This document shows positions 62,554 through 64,000 of a stretch of 64,000 nt of DNA, piece by piece. Origin of the DNA: Anaerolineae bacterium (GTDB lineage Bacteria; Chloroflexota; Anaerolineae; Anaerolineales; UBA4823). The notes under the pieces were generated by a model. It ran no database searches and was not told where the DNA came from. It saw only the letters and a list, made by a program, of their open reading frames with translations. The position numbers were made by a program, and so were the translations under genes. The DNA lies in the NCBI GenBank assembly GCA_041481345.1, contig JBGPBQ010000001.1:6046-70045 (forward strand), given 5' to 3'. How positions within the stretch are numbered: position 1 is the stretch's first letter; every line of letters begins with the position of its first letter.

Positions 62554-63042
62554 ATGAAGACCCTCCTTCTTCTGCGACACGCTAAATCCAGCTGGGACCA
62601 GCCGGAGCTGAATGACCACGACCGGCCCTTAAATAAACGCGGCAAAAAGGAAGCCCCCCTCGTGGGCAGGTACCTGAAAGCCAACAATCTAATCCCTGAC
62701 CTGATCCTCAGCTCCACCGCCCACCGGGCGCATGATACTGCCCAGGCTGTAGCCGAAGAGAGCGGTTTTGATAAGCCAATCGAGCTGTACCAGGACCTGT
62801 ACATGAGCGAACCGGCGTGCTACCTGGACATCCTCCAGCGCCTGCCAGACAGCGTCAATCTGGTGCTGATGGTGGGGCACAACCCCGACCTGGATGCGTT
62901 GTTGACCCTGCTGACCGATGTTACCCAGCACATGACCACTGCGGCCCTGGCACAGATCGATCTGCCCATCTCGAGCTGGACCGAGCTGAGTGAAGCTACC
63001 GATGGTAGGTTGCAAAACCTTTGGTCGCCGCACGAAAAATAA
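62554..63042 (+). CDS. sixA: histidine phosphatase family protein, SixA-like
   Basis: Trimmed to ATG 62554. Motifs: 'LLLLRHAKSSW', 'RPLNKRG' and 'LMVGHNPDL'. Confidence 0.75.
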   Translation: MKTLLLLRHAKSSWDQPELNDHDRPLNKRGKKEAPLVGRYLKANNLIPDLILSSTAHRAHDTAQAVAEESGFDKPIELYQDLYMSEPACYLDILQRLPDSVNLVLMVGHNPDLDALLTLLTDVTQHMTTAALAQIDLPISSWTELSEATDGRLQNLWSPHEK

Positions 63043-63050
63043 TCCGCGAG

Positions 63051-64000
63051 CTACTTGCTTCCGCGCTTGATCACTCCCCCCACTACCATTAATATTACCC
63101 CACCCGCCGCCATCACGACAATGGCGATCACCAGGATGCTCCCCAGCCGGTCTACTCCAGCTGATGAGGCGTCCGTCTGGATCGGGTCAGCCGTCAGGGT
63201 TGCCGTTGTGGTGACTACAGCGGTAACGGTGGGCGTGGGTGTACGCGTGGGTTTACGGGTGGGCGTAGCCGCCCGGGTGGGAGTCATGGTACCGGTGGCC
63301 GTTCCTGTTGGACCGGGGGTATTGGGGAGCTGGATGATCAGGTTGTCTCCCACGTAAAGCGCATCGCTGGTCATCTTGTTGAGCTTCTTTAGCTCAGCTA
63401 CAGTCAGCCCATATGCTTTGGCAATCAAGGTCAAATTCTGACCCGACATGACCGTATGTACGATCGAGCCGTCCGCATTGGGGGTGGTGGTCTGGACGGC
63501 GTAATAGGGGATGGCGGTCGGACCGCCGGGTTTTGCAGTAGCGGGTGGACTGTAATTCCCTCCCGCAACATATGCCGCATCGATGGTGTAGTACACAAAA
63601 CCACCCGCTTCCGCCACTCCCGCGCCAATTTCCTGATAATTGGGGCTCAGCATAGTCTGGATATGCGGGTCATCTCCGAGCCACATGGAGATTGCCCCAT
63701 CGACGGATAGATCAGTCCCTCCGGCAATATTCTCAGAGATGAAAAACGTCGCCCCTCCCCCATAACCCGCTGCCGCCGCCCTGTCCCTGGGGCGCGTTCC
63801 GCCCGCGCCGATATGCGTGACCTGACCGATGGATGCCTGGTAGTTGCTGTGCGACTGGGCAATCGACATCAAGGTGTTGTTAATCGCGTAGGGGGGCAGA
63901 CCATTGCCGATCCGAAGGTTATTCACCGCATCGATTAGGGCATACGGGTCGCCCGCCTGGGCAGTGCTGCGCCTGGTTCCTCCTAGCAGCACTAGCAGCA
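63051..64000 (-). CDS. CAP (SCP/PR1-like) domain plus LysM protein with C-terminal TM anchor; 5' end beyond window
   Basis: The CAP region is 'ALIDAVNNLRIGNGLPPY...AQSHSNYQASIGQVTHIGAGG'. The LysM domain is 'HTVMSGQNLTLIAKAYGLTVAELKKLNKM...GDNLIIQLP'. A PT linker and the TM helix 'ILVIAIVVMAAGGVILMVVGGVI' follow. The frame stays open to position 64000. Confidence 0.75.
   Translation of the reverse strand, partial: LLVLLGGTRRSTAQAGDPYALIDAVNNLRIGNGLPPYAINNTLMSIAQSHSNYQASIGQVTHIGAGGTRPRDRAAAAGYGGGATFFISENIAGGTDLSVDGAISMWLGDDPHIQTMLSPNYQEIGAGVAEAGGFVYYTIDAAYVAGGNYSPPATAKPGGPTAIPYYAVQTTTPNADGSIVHTVMSGQNLTLIAKAYGLTVAELKKLNKMTSDALYVGDNLIIQLPNTPGPTGTATGTMTPTRAATPTRKPTRTPTPTVTAVVTTTATLTADPIQTDASSAGVDRLGSILVIAIVVMAAGGVILMVVGGVIKRGSK

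Noticed and set aside
1-64000. A by-eye search of intergenic regions for tRNA, rRNA, tmRNA and RNase P.
   Set aside because: I saw no T-arm 'GGTTCGAATCC'-type motif, no rRNA-like conserved block and no RNase P 'GAGGAAAGTCC' motif. A tRNAscan-SE or cmscan run would be needed to exclude them formally.

Overview
This is a 64-kb, moderately GC-rich, densely coding chromosomal segment. The gene content suggests a Chloroflexota (Anaerolineae-like) genome: PT-rich linkers, LVIVD, NBR1-FW and VanW proteins, and a MoxR/DUF58/TGase set. That assignment is low-confidence inference and could not be verified here. Most of the window is ordinary housekeeping: deoC, lepB, der, cdaA-cdaR, coaE, rsmI, serS, tyrA-like, kbl-like, a five-gene peptide-type ABC importer, and arsM/arsR. 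I found no rRNA, tRNA or CRISPR array by eye.

The items most worth a second look are:
1. A translationally coupled operon at 1599-5777. It encodes a lipoprotein-type two-HKD PLD enzyme, an 844-aa DUF853/HerA-like P-loop NTPase with a long coiled-coil C-terminal half, and a DUF45 HExxH metallohydrolase. This is my best candidate for an uncharacterised system.
2. A REPtron-like locus at 29648-30542. A frameshifted RayT/IS200-type Y1 transposase gene is flanked by GTAG-headed palindromic repeats, and a further copy sits in a repeat-packed intergenic region at 46375-46671.
3. A second dispersed hairpin repeat family (GTCAYYGCGAG...CGCAATGAC) at 40481-40615 and 47647-47740.
4. A TgpA-like transglutaminase gene interrupted by a single in-frame TGA, inside a DUF58-TGase-MoxR module.
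5. A 1968-aa lipoprotein alpha-2-macroglobulin whose thioester motif is degenerate (CTEP). It is translationally coupled to a membrane-embedded M28 peptidase.
6. A Ser-specific T-box leader upstream of serS, followed by an odd U-rich tandem repeat.
7. Several unusual fusions or operons: CoaE with a GNAT-like C-terminal domain, ArsR with a 110-aa N-terminal extension, and an ABC exporter coupled to a DNPH1-like enzyme and RarD.

All functional calls rest on motifs read from the supplied translations. No database search was run.
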